This document shows positions 38,338 to 52,012 of a DNA stretch of 64,000 bases, piece by piece. Source of the stretch: Guillardia theta CCMP2712 (taxonomy: Eukaryota > Protista > Cryptophyta); NCBI RefSeq assembly GCF_000315625.1, contig NW_005434670.1:206237-270236 (forward strand). Reading direction: 5' to 3'. The position numbers were made by a program, and so were the translations under genes. Within the stretch, counting starts at the first letter, position 1; every line of letters starts with the position of its first letter. The notes below the pieces were generated by a model. That model had not been told where the DNA came from and made no database searches. It was given only the letters and a program-made list of their open reading frames with translations.

Positions 38338-40340
38338 TTAAGGCCCTCGGGTTGTGATTCTAGTGCCGTCTTGATGATCTGAATGTGATAAGTTAGGGCG
38401 TCCCCTACAAGGTGTATCAGTGTAGAGAGCTTGCCAGTGCTTCTCAGATGTAATGATCATCGGATCGTGGGGAGTAAATTGCTTACATAGAGTTGAGAAG
38501 GCACGGTCATCTATGCCAACACGGCTCAGATCAAGTTCCAACACCTGGGATGGCAAGATGATCATATGTGGTTGGGCAGACAGAATGAATCAGAGCTGCT
38601 TTGATGAATGAATAGCATTGATGTTTTTGATCGAATGAATCCTGTCTTCTCGGTCTGAATGATTGGATGATTCGGGACAGGATAATTGGAATGATTGGTT
38701 TTGAGTTGTGTAATAGATGATAGATTGTGGGCTTGAACTAATCCAACGTTGGGAGCTGGATCGAAGGAGACGGTGATCTGGCAAAGAACACGATCTTGTG
38801 GGCAAGAATTCATAGTCTCTCACAAAAGCACGTGCATCGATGTAAGACAGAAACATCACATTTTGCAACAACTCAACCCCGGCCAAGATCCACTTGAACT
38901 CTCCTCGCTGATTTCTCGGGTCTCTCTCGATGGACAAGGTTTGTGCATGCTGCCAACCTACCGTATGTTTTTGAACCTCAGGGAGGACAAAGATCAAGTT
39001 CGCTCTTCTGACAGTGTTCAACACAGTAGTTGGCAAGATTGTCATACAATGGTGCATAAGGCACGGGTTGCTGCTTTTTCCACAGTATCTTGAATAGATA
39101 CAGCTCTCCTGGTGTCTCGGAAAGCATATGATGATGAATGACAAACAAGTCACCTGCTACTTCAGCGGTTGCTGGCAGATTTGGGAGACCCTTTGAGCTG
39201 TTAAAGACGATGGGTCCTGCTGGATGTCAGGACCGGAGATTTTCCCTTCATTCCTGAGGATGAGGTGTGAAGAAATTCGAATAGAAGCCAAATTTGAAAG
39301 AACATCATCATCATCATCGCTGAAGGCAACTTTGAAGGCAATTTCGTGATCGCGCTTCATCATCCAATTAGAAATTAAAACCTTCGCATATTCTGAGCAG
39401 ATTTCAGCCTGCCTTCATAGAGTTGTATGTTGGGCTTGGAACAAGATGTACAACACTCGAAGGGAGTTCAAAATCTCGATAATACACAGATCTGATCTTG
39501 TTATCAAAATCTGCAATGCTAATGATTCTCTTAACCGCCAAGAAGAATCGTTTGGCAGTGCCTCTATATATATGTTTGAAAATACGTTCCTTGGGAGAGG
39601 AGAAGATGATGTTCTTGGTATATCCACCATCAAAATACGTTGACCCCGCCTCGTAAAAGTCGCAGAGATACCAACCTTTGTGTTTGAACAAGATTAATAC
39701 TCGGTTTGTTTCTCCATTCTCTCTTGGTTTCAATCATTTCCCGTCCAAACCAAAGTTGTTCGCAATGATATCCTCGGACATCTCGATACTAGCACTACCG
39801 TATCACAAGCTCGTTTCCGGGCCACCAAGAATTCTTGAACTTTTCGGGAAACGAACAGTCGTTTATTTCTGGGAAAATGCAGAGAGCCATCTTCATGCCG
39901 AGCATTGAGTTGTCTAAGGCTTTGTAAAGTATCGTCCCTTCGCCTTGCAAAAGCCTGGAGCTCGGCTTTCTCCTGCTCATCATGGCATTGCTGCTGGCGG
40001 CGATCCTCGCCTGTAGCCGCTTGAGTTCCAGCCTGCTTCGCTCGATCTTGAGCTTGGCTCTCTTTGCCCCCTCCTGAACCCGGAACTCGGCTTTCTCCTT
40101 GGCATTGTTGCTGAATCTGATCTTCTTCCTTTGCCGCTTTAGTTCGACTCGCATATGCTCTATCTCAAGCTCGTCCTTGATCCTCTCAGAGGCTCAGCCT
40201 GGAGCTTGGCTTTCTCCTTGGCATTATCGCTGTCACTGTCCGAGCCATCACCCTTTCAGTGCCGCGGATTTTTTCGCTGGCTGCGCTTCAATCGTCACTG
40301 AATTTCCAACTTAGTTTCCTGTCACTACTGAGGACATCAT
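38338..40340 (-). pseudogene. Fragmented, more AT-rich coding-like island of unknown origin
   Basis: Chain of abutting minus-strand ORF fragments broken by stops and frameshifts. Three diverged AATGCC..GGAGAAAGCC.AG.TCC repeats encode coiled-coil-like peptides. Confidence 0.4.
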
Positions 40341-40780
40341 GTGCCTGCAAGTATTCGGTGACACCTACAAGCTAGGATAGGCCGAGTTTTCGATCAGGGT
40401 CAATCCGGGCCTGTCTTACCATCGCCGCTCAGTCCTGAGTGACTATGGTTCGCCGAAGTTTTCCGAATCAAGTTGGAGGCCCGGCCGCGAGTCAGTGTTT
40501 GCTACTGAGCTCCGATACACACCGTTGAACGTTTTTTTACTGGGCCCGGGGTGAACTCAGTCCGAGGCACTGTCACTGAGGCCCTCGGCCCAGGCTGTGC
40601 CGCCGCCCGGCGGCCGCCGCCCCCGGAGTCAACTTCTGCCACCCGGCGCAGCACGACTTCCGCCGGGCGCCCGCCGCCCCCCCCCCGGGGGGGGCGCCGG
40701 CGGCCCGTGCAAGGGCCCGGCAAACTTGAAAACGTCAAGGCTTGTTGAAACTTGAAACATTCTCTTTTACTCAAACATTC

Positions 40781-40819
40781 TTTTACTCAAAGTTAAGTTA
40801 AAAATCAGTACGAGGACAA
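40781..40819 (+). repeat. Dispersed short repeat copy (TTTACTCAAAGTTAAGTTAAAAATCAGTACGAGGACAA)
   Basis: 38 nt identical to 55842-55879. Confidence 0.9.
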
Positions 40820-41125
40820 CGCGGGCCGGCGGGGGATTGACGCCGGCCCGGGGGCTGCCAATACTTTAAGTAGTGAACTTACCGGTGATGATGCCGCAAT
40901 GGTCCGACGCCGAGGAGCCTACAAAGGCTTTCCGGTAGGGGTAGTTTGCGTGGCGTGACTAGAGACTGCGGTGGGGGGTTTGTTTTGCTACAATACTTGT
41001 ATTAAGTAAACTTAACAAGTATTCAAGACAGGGGGGAGCTTCTATAACTTCTCCGCTCCTACAGCAATTTCCCGTTGCTGCCGGTAAAGCTTACGATTGT
41101 CGAATCGGCACCGTCGCGTCGAAGG

Positions 41126-44100
41126 ATGAGCAACAGCGGCGGGTACATGCCGAGGTAAGAGTCTTGCAGTATCGCCATGCTTTACCATGATCTTTCAAGC
41201 TTGCTGCAATCTTCGCAGTCTAGTTGCAAACTCCTCTCGCATATGCTTTCTCCCCTCCTGTTGATCGCCACTATCTTAGCCACGTTTTCTGCCGAGATGC
41301 CCTCTGTGTTCATCTCATTTCTTGCATTCTTAAATCGTTGGATGATTGCTAGTTGGTTCTTGCTTTGTTGTTGGGATGTATAGAATGGCTGCGCCATGCA
41401 CAGTTTTATATTTCTTCCCTGGATCTGTGCACAGATGCATGTGATGTGGACATGCTGAAGCTAGATAACGTGGTGGATCTTAACTTGAGAAGTGACGCGA
41501 TAGCATCATTGCATCCTTGTGACACTTGCACCTCAACCAGTAGGCAGCCTCATCAGATGCCTCCTTCCACAAAGCCGCTGGTGAAGCCTGTCGCACACCC
41601 CCACAACTCCTCTGCCATGCAGTCTCAGCCGGCAACACTCTCCAACACGCAGATGAGTGGGCTGGGCACAGTATCAGTCGCAAGTTCGGTCCACGACTCG
41701 GAGCCAGCAATGCACGAAACGATGAGAGCCGATGCAGCGGAGGACAGGCTGCTGCGAGCAATGTCGCACTTCAGCAAGGTGACCCCTCTGGCCAACCAGA
41801 TCCCCGCCAATCGAGCAGGATCAGCGCTGATCGCCTACGTGGAGGCGAGGAATGAGCTTGACGAGCCTGCCTTGTGGGATGATTTTGTGACGACGTCACC
41901 AGTGCAATTCCTCAAAGCAGAGCTGAAGACTCCAACGCAGACAGCAATCCTTGAAAGACACCTGGCAAGGTTCGAGGTCGGAGTTCCGCTCATCAACGGG
42001 AGTCTCAACATGAAGCTCTTGCCCGACCTGACGATCAGCAAGGTGCAGCGAGACGACTTGGACTGTCAGGAGGGAGACAAGATCGTTCAGGTCGATGGGA
42101 TCCCGGTGTCCAACATTGAAGACCTTCGGATTCACTTGCAGGGCAGGCAGGAGATCACCCTGGTGATTGAGAATGCCGGCACACCCTTGTTTACCATTCA
42201 CGACGCTACGACTCCCTACTGGGAGGTGACTTCTGTTCCCTCAGCGACGTCGATCCGAGGGTCGCTCAAGGCGGGGGACCTTGTGCTGAGGATAAATGAC
42301 ATCCCCGTCTCCGGACTTGACACCCGCAAGGCTCTTGACACGACTTTCGCTAAAGTTAGCCTCCTCCCTTCTGACTCTCAGCTTGCTCAGAGGATTAAGG
42401 CGGAAGGGCTGATGTCCTTCACGACTCAGGCACGTGCAAAGGTGGCAGGAGACGACGTGCGGGTTGACTGATGTAGCAGGTGGAAGTGAGCAGCTCCAAG
42501 GGCATGAACACCATGGACCCCAAGTACAACATCATCCTCACAAACTTTGAGCCAGCCATGTTTGCAGGAGCATACATCGTAGGGATCTACCTGGGACGGC
42601 ATCAGGTGACTTGGAAAGGTCTGCGTGAAGCAGGAAGATGACTGTCCTTGCAGATTGGAGAGGAGTTCAACTTAGAGATCGTGGAGGGGCCGGCAGACGC
42701 TAAGCGCTCGGATGTTGTGCGAGATGGGCTATGGCAGGCAGTGGCCGGCATTCCTGTTGACTTTCGGCTGGATTGTTTCGATAGCGCTGGCAACAAGAAG
42801 TTCAAGGGAGGAGACAGGATTCAGATACAAGACGCCGACGTGAAGGACCTCGGGAACGGCAGCTACAACGTGTCGTGGACGCAGACTCAAGTCGGGAGCC
42901 GCATCATTGACATCCGGGTCAACGGCGAGTCCATGCAAGGCACCCCCCAGGTGGAAGTGCTCCCAGCTGAAGTCTACGCCCCCAACTGCCAGGTCAGCCT
43001 CGTCACGGGCATCCACGGCTTCAACGTCGCCTCCAACGGCAACGTGGACTGGACGGTGATCGCAGGAACTTCTTCCTCGCTGACCGTCAAACTCTTTGAT
43101 CGCTTCGGAAACCCCCGGCCCAGGGCCAAAGACGTTGTCACAATGATCCAGCACGGGCCCTGCTTCAGGAAGGAGATGATCCGTGCTGAGTTGCCCCTGG
43201 AGCCTTCCGGGCTCGGCATCTACGAGTTTCAAGGGCTTATCACCCACGGAACCACCAAGAACGCTGACGGCCAGTACGAGTACTCCAAAATTCAGGTGCT
43301 GGTGAACGGGGAAGACGTGGCAGAGCGAGCATGGTCCATCGATGTCGTCCCTGCCGAGGTGGCGCTGGACAAGTGCATGGCGGTCGTGCCGACGTCGGGG
43401 ATCGTGAGTGCAGCAGGCGAGAAGTACGAGTTTGAGGTGATCATCAAGGATACATGGGACAACTTCAGGAACCACGTAGAGGACAAGATTGAGATCTTTG
43501 AATTGGTTCCCACCACCAAACAGCGAGGAGAGGAGTGGTCTAACTACGAGGTGACCAGCTCGGGTCATGGGTCGTACAAGGTGACGGCCACCCAGTCCAT
43601 CGCTCGTCAGACTCGCTTCACCTTTGCCGTGAATGGAACCGTCGCTCTCGGGCCCCAGCACAACTACTTGCTCAACATCGTCCCCAACATCGTCTGCATC
43701 GACCAGTGTGTGGTCACCGGGGAGATCACGACGACTGTTGGCCAGTACATTGCCCTCCTGATTGCTCTGCGCGACAAGTATGGGAACGTGTGCTCCCCGC
43801 AGCAGATGGCAGATGTCGAGATCCTTGTGAGCGACGTGCAGCTCCTGAACGGTCAGATTGAACAGAAGGATTTGGCGCTGAATCATCGGGTGAGCCGAGT
43901 AGACTTCCATCCCGGCATCATCTACACCCATCAGATCGTATTCTTCACCGAGCAGGCAGTCAAGGTCTCGCTGAACCTCATGTTGAAGAATGATTTGCTC
44001 CATCGCACGACCCTCCAGTTCGAGACCAACGAGCTCGACCCGGACTCTTGCCTGGTCGAGGGGCTGCCAAACTGCATCGTCTGCGGAGAGAACTTCACCT

Positions 44101-44648
44101 TGTCTATCAAGCTTCAAGACTCCTTCAAGAATGGTCTCCTCGGCATGGACTCTGCCATCATTCTGATCGCTCAGGATCCGCTCGGAACCATCGCAAACGT
44201 GCAGAAAGTGCAGGCGACGGAGGTCGGGAAGGGCAACTACACCGTCACTTTCAGGATCCAGACGGCGAACCCTTCGATGCAGTTCCGCATCAGAGTGAAC
44301 GAGTTCACCATCCATGCAGCTGCGGTGGAGGTGCTGCCAGCTGTTGCCAAAGCGAAGCTGTCAGAGCTGGAGCACCACGAGGAGTGCAGAGTTCACTTCC
44401 CTATCACCTTCCGAGGGCTGCTCATGGACGAGTACGGCAACATCGCCATCACCTGCGACAAGCCCCCCGTGGTGAAGCTCGACGGCTGCGCTCTGAAGAG
44501 CAGCGATGCCAAGGTGTACATGGAGAAGGGCGGGGCCTTCCGGATCTCCTTCACCCCCCGCCGCCATGGCGACGTGCGACTCAAGGTGAGGAGGAGGAGG
44601 AGGAGGAGGAGGAGGAGGAGGAGGAGGATGATGATGATGAGGAGGATG

Positions 44649-44691
<43 letters not shown>

Positions 44692-46358
44692 GGAGGAGGA
44701 GGAGGAGAAGCAGGAGGAGGAGGAGGAGGAGGAGGAGGAGGAGGAGGAGGAGGAGGAGGAGGAGTAGTTGAAGTCGATCTCCTCCAGGCCTTCGTCAACG
44801 ATGAAGTGCTAGCGGAGAGAACCGTCAAGGTCCGGAGTCTGGCGTCGTGGACCAAGGAGGTAGACCAACCCTCAAACTCTTGTCGCCTGATCCCTCGCTC
44901 CTTCCAGGACGCAGCCGAGTGGATCCAACTGATGGGGCTGATAGAAGCAAAGATCAAGCCTGTTGCCGAGAAGCTGTCCAAAGAGTTTGTGAAGTGAGAC
45001 ATTGCAGCAACGGTCAGTCGCACCCACTGATGGATGACCTGCAGTCAAAATGCAACCGGAGCCAAGATTGCCGGGGGGCTTCTCGACAGGGGAGCGCTTC
45101 ACTTTGCGGTTCTTGACGCTCCTGCGGCTCTCGAGCTAGTCTCACCCTCGTGCAGTTTGGGATCGAAGACATGCACGTCGCTGAGTTCTTCTCGCAAGTC
45201 ATCAACGACCTCAACAAGGTTCGCTCCCTCCCCTGCCGCCTCCTCCTGACCTCTCTCATGCTCAGGGATCTGAGGCCCCCAGGTATTACTTACCGTGGGA
45301 CTGGTCCTCCTCGGACTCGGCGCTCCGGGTCGTCCCGGTGCCAGCAGGGTGCGTGTGCTCGCACTTGCCGAGAGCTCTTGACTAGAGCGCAGGGATGAAG
45401 CCTTCAACAACATCGCACAGCGGCTGACGGAGTCCATGGTACCTCCTCTCCTCCTCTACTCGCCTCCAAGTGAGCTCCTCCTCCAGCCCAACGCCAACAT
45501 CCTCTCCATCCAGAGGGTAGAGAACGTGGACAAGTACGCCAAGTACTTTCAAGTTCGCAACGACATGGCGCACTCTAGAGGTCTGCGCGTGTGAGATTTG
45601 AAGGGTCTGAAGGAGCGACAGGCGGGGATCCCAACGAGCACTACCTCTGGTTCTGCGGGTGTGAGGGGCTGGAGCACGAGAGGGTCCTGCAGGAGGGGTT
45701 CAAGACTGACCTCCTGGAGGGGGTCTCCTCCTCGGAGTACTTCATGATGGGCTACGGGTAATGCTTTCAAGCTCCTCTCCCAGCTCCTCTCCCAGCTGCT
45801 GACGCCTTTGCAGGTTTCTGTTCGTGTCCGACCCCAAGGTAGCTCATCAGCTGCAGTACTCGTCCCAGGTGAAGTCTAGCTGGGGTAGGCGAGGTGGATG
45901 ATGTCTGGTGCAGGTCTCAGGCACAGAGAGGAAGCTCGTCCTGGCCAGAGTGATGGAGGGCAGGCAGAGCCGTGCTGGGGCTGACGAGCTGTGAAAGGTG
46001 ACGTGCGGGACGATCGCAACAAGGGAGCCGATCCTGGCCAACGTGGAGACTGAGATCAAGGTGACTTCTCCCTCCTCCTCCCCTTCCTCTCACTCTGCTC
46101 GTCTCAGAAAGCGGAAAACAGAGTTCCTCCCGCTGGCTTCCACACTGGTGACCTGCCCTGGTGTATGCTCTCGTCACACGACGCTGACTACACGCAGCGA
46201 CCTCCATGCAACGATGCGAGCTGGGGGTTTACTGGAACAACATGGCGTACCCGGAGTATGTTGTCAGCTACAAGCTGCCATACAGCCTCGACGTGGACTG
46301 GCCTGAGAAGCGAGGGAACAGCCTGATGAAGATCGACGAGACTACAGCAGTGCTATAG
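41126..46358 (+). CDS. Multidomain protein: PDZ-like domains, multiple filamin/Ig-like repeats and C-terminal PARP/ART-like domain
   Basis: PDZ-like: EGDKIVQVDGIPV, LKAGDLVLRINDIPV. Filamin-like: DSAGN..KGGD, DLGNGSYNVSW, DRFGN, DKYGN. PARP-like: ILSIQRVEN, NEHYLWF, VLQEGF, GYGFLFVSDP, RKLVLARV, ELGVYWNNMAYPEYVVSY. Confidence 0.82.
44588..44763 (+). repeat. Compound (GAG)n/(GAT)n microsatellite filling an intron
   Basis: Begins directly after the AAG|GT donor; acceptor CTCCAG at ~44787. Confidence 0.9.
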
Positions 46359-46445
46359 TCCCAAGGGCGATGGTTGAAGCACAGACAAAGAGGCCCTCGC
46401 TGCTGCATCCTTCCCCTCAACTTTCATTGATATGCTACAATCGCA

Positions 46446-48800
46446 TTAGTCGCCCTTGGTCGGGCCCAGTGAGACGGGGCCCCCGTACTCGTTGGGCTGC
46501 TGGCTCTTGAAGACCTGGTGCCCTTTGCCGGTAGCGACCGACCAGTGCTGCCTGTAGGGCTGGTCGAACATGTTCACGTGGCTACGGATCTGCTTGTCGT
46601 GCGGCTTGATGAAGCCCTGCTGCCATGAGCCGAAGAAGAAGTCTGCAAGAGGCTGCCCCGTTGCCTTCTTCTCCGAAGCTAGCTTCTCCACCTTGCCGAG
46701 AGGAACGTAGACATCACCGACGCCAGTGTACTTCTGGGAGATGATCTTTCTGGCTGAGCCGTAGAGTAGGTCCTTGTTCTTCTTGGAGTCCTCCGGCCAC
46801 TTCTGGAAGCGATCGACATAGGGAGAGGCGTGAGAGATCAGGCCGCTGTTGCCCGTGGGCACCACCACATCATCCTGACCGAACACTCCCACCATGTTGT
46901 CGCCGAGCTTGCTGTTTCGCTCATCCGGCTGCGAGGCCAAGTTGGAGGCTTTGCCGTAAGGGAAGAGCTCGTCACAATCGATGTCGTGGAACCTACACTT
47001 CTTGTGGCCCGCGGGATGATCCTCCGGCACCCTCTTCGACTCAGCCATAGGGCCCAGCTTGCCAGCTTGGTAGTCCTCGTAGAAGGTCGGCTTCCAGTCC
47101 TTGCCCTCCTTGCCTACTTGGTACCCAGCCTCCTGAGACGAGCCGGTCTGGGAGAGATGCTGAAGAAGCTTCAACGCAGGCAGGAGGAAGGGAGAGGCTC
47201 TACCTGGATCATATTCTTCTCAGCACGCGCTGCCTTCTGCTTCGCCACCTTCAGCTCAGCCTCAAGCTTCTCCACCTAAGGGAACAGTGAAAACGATCCC
47301 GAGGCAAGCTCGTGGGGAGGTCGGACCTCGGAATCAGCCTTGGCCGCTGAAGACGCGGAGCCACTCAGGCTGGTCGAAGAGGCCTGACAGCAGTTCAGGG
47401 CAGGGCCGTGACAGCAAAGCATCCTGACCCTGAGAGTAGATTTCTGCGCTTTCTTGTACACGGGTGGATCCAAGTTGGAGAACGGATCCACCTGAGTGTA
47501 GCTCACATCAACACAGTTGGCCATGACGGAAGTGGTCAGACCTGGGGGACGGTGGGAGGGTTCATGTCAAGGAACTTGTCGTTGTTGGCACCCTGCGGAA
47601 GAGGAAAGTGTCACCAAGTTGATAACACCAGGAAGGACAGGAATACATGCTGCTGGACAATCTGCTTGACAATAGAAGGTGCAGAATAGATTTGCAAAAA
47701 TGCATGAATCAGACGGAAGTTTGCACATCAGCATTGCAGGGTTCAGACCTTGAGAGTAGATTTCTGCGCTTTCTTGTACACGGGTGGATCCAAGTTGGAG
47801 AACGGATCCACCTGAGTGTAGCTCACATCAACACAGTTGGTCATGACGGAAGTGGTCAGACCTGGGGAGGAGGGATGGTAGGAGGGTTCATGTCAAGGAA
47901 CTTGTCGTTGTTTGCTCCGAGCTTGCAACAAGGATCAACGGCCGGGAAGCGCTAGAGGGGAGCGGAGCTACCTGCTGCTTGATGCTCTTTTCGACTTGCT
48001 CCTTTGCCAAGGCAGCCTGTGAATGAGGGTCAGCTCCATGCGGCCGGGGGGTCGAACTCACCTTCTGGATCTTCCTCGCTGCTTCCTTGAGAGCCTTCTG
48101 CTCTTCCCTTTCAAAGTTCTTCTCAGCCTGTTGCTCCTCTTGCTTCAGGGACTTCTGCTGAGCACCGTCCATCTGTGTGCCCGGCCATGATCATGTCCTT
48201 CATTGCCATCACTCGTCCCTCACCTTCGACTGGGCCTCACTCAACAACTTGCTCGCGGCCTTCTTCACCATCTTCCTCTCTTGTTCGAGGCGTGAAAGCT
48301 GCAGCAACACCTTGAGATCGAAAATCTTGAGGTATCATGAGCGCAAGCACCTTAGCTGCAGCCTTGCGGATCTTCACGTCCTGCTTCTCCTCGAGGACCT
48401 TGGCAGCTCGCTCTAGAGCTTCGATAGGATCCTCCGAGTCCTGAGACTCGGCAGCTGAGAGCAGGTCGTCGCTCTCAGAGATTTGCTGCCAGCAAGTGAG
48501 GAACTTGTCTGCAACTTCGCATGGACCCACCGCAAGAGCTTGAGTCTCCACGCTCTGGTAGCGCGAGCCAACCGAGGCCCTTGACAGCATGCTCGTCTGC
48601 TCGCTTCGAGTCACAACAGACGGGAAGAAGCGAGAGAGGAGGGAGCAGAGCTTGTCACCTGAGAGGAGGAGGAAGAGAAGGAGATCAACGCCAGCATGGC
48701 CGCAAAGCAGATCAGTCCAACTGCTGCCAGCACGACACGGCGAGGAGCTGGAGACCCTGCGATCTACAAAGACAGTCAGCAGCCCGTAAATGACGGGCAT
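46446..48800 (-). CDS. Hypothetical membrane/secreted coiled-coil protein with a duplicated two-exon module
   Basis: N-terminal hydrophobic stretch, coiled-coil exons, long terminal exon 46446-47174. Module GANNDKFLDMNPPT..PQ|VDPFSNLDPPVYKKAQKSTL present twice. Confidence 0.6.
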
Positions 48801-49629
48801 GCGCAACGCCTTCGGTTGCAACTTCCAGATTTCTCTGCTAACTTCTATCATGAACAATTTCTCTACTTTTTTTCAGTCTTCTGTCTAAAAGACATCATCT
48901 CCCTACGAAACTGTTTTCCCCCACTTTGCCTCCCCCTGCTCCTTTTCTTAGCAATCATCGCGATCCTTTCACTCCTCCATCACCATACACCCTGCTCTCA
49001 GGACCTTCAAGGGCACCTTCTGCGTAGACTTCCATCTCCTTCCCATGCCCTTTCACCGATTCTCCTGGTCTCCTCCATTTCTTTCCCACTCATCTCCCTT
49101 TCTCCCTCTTGCCCTGCTGCTGTAGCGGCTCATGAACGAATCAACGAAGCAAAGATGCTACGATCATTCTCTTCATCCTCCTCCTACTTCATGCTCTTCC
49201 TCTTCCTCCTCCTCTCCCTCTCACCTGCATGGTCGCCTCGCCCACTGCCCCGTACTTGGCCATTGTCGAAGAGTCGCTCAGACGTTTACTCAACTCTTAC
49301 ACCCCTACCCCTCTTCTCCCTTCAGTTTACCCTCCCTTTCTAAACATCATATCACTACCCTATCCTGGGTACCCTACCCCTTCTATTTCTTTGACATGAT
49401 ATCAATTCCACCCCACAAATTCCTTATATCACCCCCCCTACTCAATAGAAAATTGTACCGGTGGTGAGTAGTACCCTCATTTTTCAAGAGTTGAACACCA
49501 CCCCAACTCACTGAAACTTTGATGACCCTCGATTGTGTGGGTAATAAGAGGGGTACTTGAAGTACCCCTCTGTCAGTCGGTAATAGATGGGGTGATAGGT
49601 GGTTCAGAAAAGCGAAGAAGCGAAGAGAC

Positions 49630-52012
49630 ATGCGGGCTAGAGGGGGAAACTACGCGGCACTCCTCCTCCTCCTCCCCATCTCCCTCCTCCTCTTCCTGAT
49701 CTCCTCCTCCTTCTCCTTCACTTCTTCCCCTCCCTCAGCTGCGGTCCTCTCTGAATCCTCTGCCTGGGGTCCTCCTTCTATCCGTCCCACTGAGAAAACA
49801 CCAGCACACGTCGCCCATGGATCGAAGCAGAAGTTCAAAGAGCACGGCATGGAGTTGTCGCTCGATATCCACCAGGATCATGACCAGGGTGCGCACTTTG
49901 CACCAGTGAATATCAACATCGAGCTCCCACCCTCTCGCCATGCGCGCCAGACCGCTCGAACAGTCAGTGCAAGCCGAGATCCTGCCATGGAGGGGTGTGC
50001 GGCGGGTGACGATATCATGTGCAAGGCATATCACCAGCAGCAGCTGAAGCATAACATTCACCAAGCTCTCAAGGAGAACATGGTGCCAGCTCGCACCCAA
50101 GATCTCGCGCAAGTTTCTCCTTTCAGCCTTGGGAGACCGCAGATACTGAGCAAGGACCAGGTCGAGAAGATGGACGCGAAGCAGCTGTCCTCCCTCAAGG
50201 TCGGGCTGAAGGCTGCCGAGAGAGACGCGCGTGACTCTGCAGAGACCATGCGCGGTGTCGAGAGAGCTCGGACGTTGAAGAGAGAGTACGACATGGTCAA
50301 GAACACGCTTCAGAACTATCCCACGATCATGAACCACAAGCTGGACGACATTGAGATCAAGATGGACAAGCGCGAAAAGACAATCAAAAGTCTCCAACAC
50401 TCACTTCAGCAGGAGAAGAACCTCCTTGATGCCGCCAAGAAGAAGAAGGCCGAGGCCTGGAGTCAGGACAAGAACGAGGAAGCTAAGGAGGAGAAGATCG
50501 AGCTGCAGAAAGCTGTTGCCGACTCCCTTGCTGACGTCTTGGGACATGATGCACCTCAGGTTCAGAAGCTCCACACGCAGATCAGGTACTACTGTGCTGA
50601 CAAGGCTAGTCGTCTTGTAACCATGCTCTCCCTTCAGGAAGAACACTGCGAAGGAGATTTTGCATTTGCAGTCGAAGGTCGCAAACATTGAAGACAAGAT
50701 CAAGGAGCAAACTTCGTTGCTGCAGAAGGAGAAGGAGGAGAAGAGCAAGATCGTGAAGCAGCTGCGCGACTTCCGCCAAGGCAGACGTGAGACTCATGCC
50801 CTCTCACCGTTACACCCCCGACGCGAGACCATGCTGGCGGATACCTCGGCAAGTCTAAACCTCAACCCCGTCGAGTACGACGGCAATGCTCTCCGCCACT
50901 CGCTCGTTGGCTCCATCCAGGACTCTGCCAACCTGCTCTCCAACTCCACGGACGCGCCTCCTGCCTACCTCACCACCGTCGACCCTGTCAACGGCGCCCA
51001 TGTCGTAACGACGCCAGACAAGGTTGAAAACTGGAGTGTGTCGGGGAGACTTTGACCTTGACCGGCAGGTGAACACACTTGCTACGTCGATTCCAACAGA
51101 GGAAGGACCCAAGGTTCAGTGGTGCCAGTGGGGAACCCAGCTCGTGCCCTGCTCTCCCGGTTATGGAGGAGCTTGGACGGAGCATCATCCAACCGTGAGC
51201 CTCGTCCTTTGAGCTTTTCTTCTCCTCTCCTCTCCTCTCCTCTCCTCTCCTCTCCTCTCCTCTCCTCTCCTCTCCTCCCCTTCCAGCCCTCCATCAACCG
51301 GTTTAGTAACAAGCTTGCAGGACACTGGAATCTGGTCAGAGGCTCCTCCTCCTCCTCCAGGGATCAAGATCCGTGAGCATGTGCAAGCGGGACGGCGCAG
51401 CGAGTGAGGATGTTGAGACGAGGTTGACGAGGTTAACTGACCGTCTGCTTGCTCAGACCGTACGTACACGACATGTTCAGCTATGGACAAGCTGGAATCT
51501 TCGGTGCGCGCAAACCGACGAGGGGGCTGAGGAGAATTGCGGGAGGATCGATCCTGGCGGCGAAAGCGACCGCGAGTGGACCGTCTGTGTCGGAAGCATC
51601 AAAGGTGGGGAAGGAGAGGCCAGCTGCTGCTCCCGCGTTGGCCAGTCCCGAGGCTCTTCATGGCAGCAGGGAAGACGGCTGGATCAGCGAGGAAGCCAAG
51701 AATGCGGCAGCCATCTACGGGATCGTGAACCCTTCAGAGGAAGACAAGATGCTGTCAAAGGAGGAGCTGGAGAAGAAATTCGCCAACGTGATCGAGACTC
51801 CAGGGAAGAACAAGGACGCTGATGGCTGGGTGAACGAGGGGGCAAAGAACGCAGCTGCTATGTACGGGATCGTGAACCCATCGATGGTGGACGAGCTGAC
51901 TGAGCCAAGCATGAAGAGCGTGCAGTTCCAGAAGAAGCAGATGATGCTGGAGGAGATGAAGAGGAAGGAGATGCAGAAACTCCAGCGACTTGCGCGCGTG
52001 TCGCTGGTGTGA
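49630..52012 (+). CDS. Hypothetical secreted/membrane-anchored coiled-coil protein (multi-exon)
   Basis: Signal/anchor ALLLLLPISLLLFLI, coiled coil, and a C-terminal repeat DGW(I/V)xExAKNAAAxYGIVNPS twice. Could be two genes. Confidence 0.6.
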
